From Orbicella franksi (taxonomy: Eukaryota): 64,000 bases of DNA. The notes under the pieces are model-generated. The model was not told the DNA's origin. It ran no database searches and was given only the letters and a program-made list of their open reading frames with translations. A program made the position numbers and the translations under genes. This document shows positions 63,507-64,000 of the stretch, piece after piece (within the stretch, counting starts at the first letter, position 1; each line of letters begins with the position of its first letter). The stretch covers positions 33,170,001 to 33,234,000 of the forward strand of contig OZ116702.1 in NCBI GenBank assembly GCA_964199315.1, in the 5' to 3' direction.

Positions 63507-64000
63507 CGTAGGGTGCTATTACGAATATCTCCATGGCATCGCCTTCGTGGCTGATCTGGTGATATCCGTAACAGCTCTGGTTCGGTACCCTTCTAGGACG
63601 CCAATGCCAACCCAGCTTTCCATATCTAGTCACTCCCGATGCCTCGCGCACGGTCGAGAGACACTTTCATAAACCTCCACTGGAGTGTTTCGGTATAAAC
63701 GTATCCTCGTTTCACTCACCAAAATCTGTAGGATACTGACTTAGTCAGTGACTCGCTCCCAGTGGCACTGCAAGTAGCAGTGTGCCATTCTTTTGACTTT
63801 TTGAACCACAGCACAGGCACAAGTTTCGACTTCGATCGCTATTTAGACAAGCCTGGACATTTTTCAAGCAAATTCCGTAAAGAGTTTTCTCGGACGACAT
63901 GACCCGACAGTAAGACCCAACCACGTCGAAATAACAAGGTAATCATTTGAAAAATATCGACTTAAACGACCACACTGGTAAAAAGGTTTACGTGTAACAC

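Noticed and set aside
63466-63700. Selenoprotein-like in-frame TGA upstream of the minus-strand ORF 63466-63651
   Set aside because: A second in-frame stop lies just upstream, there is no Sec-motif context, and no SECIS could be identified.

Overview
Eukaryotic, intron-rich genomic DNA. The repeat families and gene content point to an anthozoan, probably a stony coral (inference). The supplied ORF track is mostly uninformative because the genes are spliced, so I rebuilt exon chains by eye from splice sites and frame continuity. Genes in order: the last coding exon of an unidentified gene (295-608,+); a SPARC-family gene without the acidic domain (2089-7000,+; 5 exons, 227 aa); TTC19 (8473-16348,-; 10 exons, 402 aa); BARD1 head-to-head with it (16576-23440,+; 13 exons, 818 aa); an integrin alpha without an I-domain (26885-56109,-; 31 exons, 1066 aa, one GC-AG intron); and the 3' exons of an unidentified gene (61530-62484,-). 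The most striking feature is a structurally complete 5.37-kb Ngaro-type tyrosine-recombinase retrotransposon (43601-48967; A1-gag-RT/RNaseH-YR-B1-A2-B2). It sits in an originally 117-nt integrin intron at a TTAA core that coincides with the likely branch point, and it carries point mutations at catalytic residues. Introns also hold MITEs (AcademH-like, Kolobok-like, Tc1/mariner-like, Harbinger-like, and an unclassified 8-bp-TSD family), tRNA-derived SINEs (one nested in an older copy of itself), long hairpins and microsatellites. I found no CRISPR, rRNA or genuine tRNA genes, and no convincing wholly new biological system; the best leads are listed as findings.
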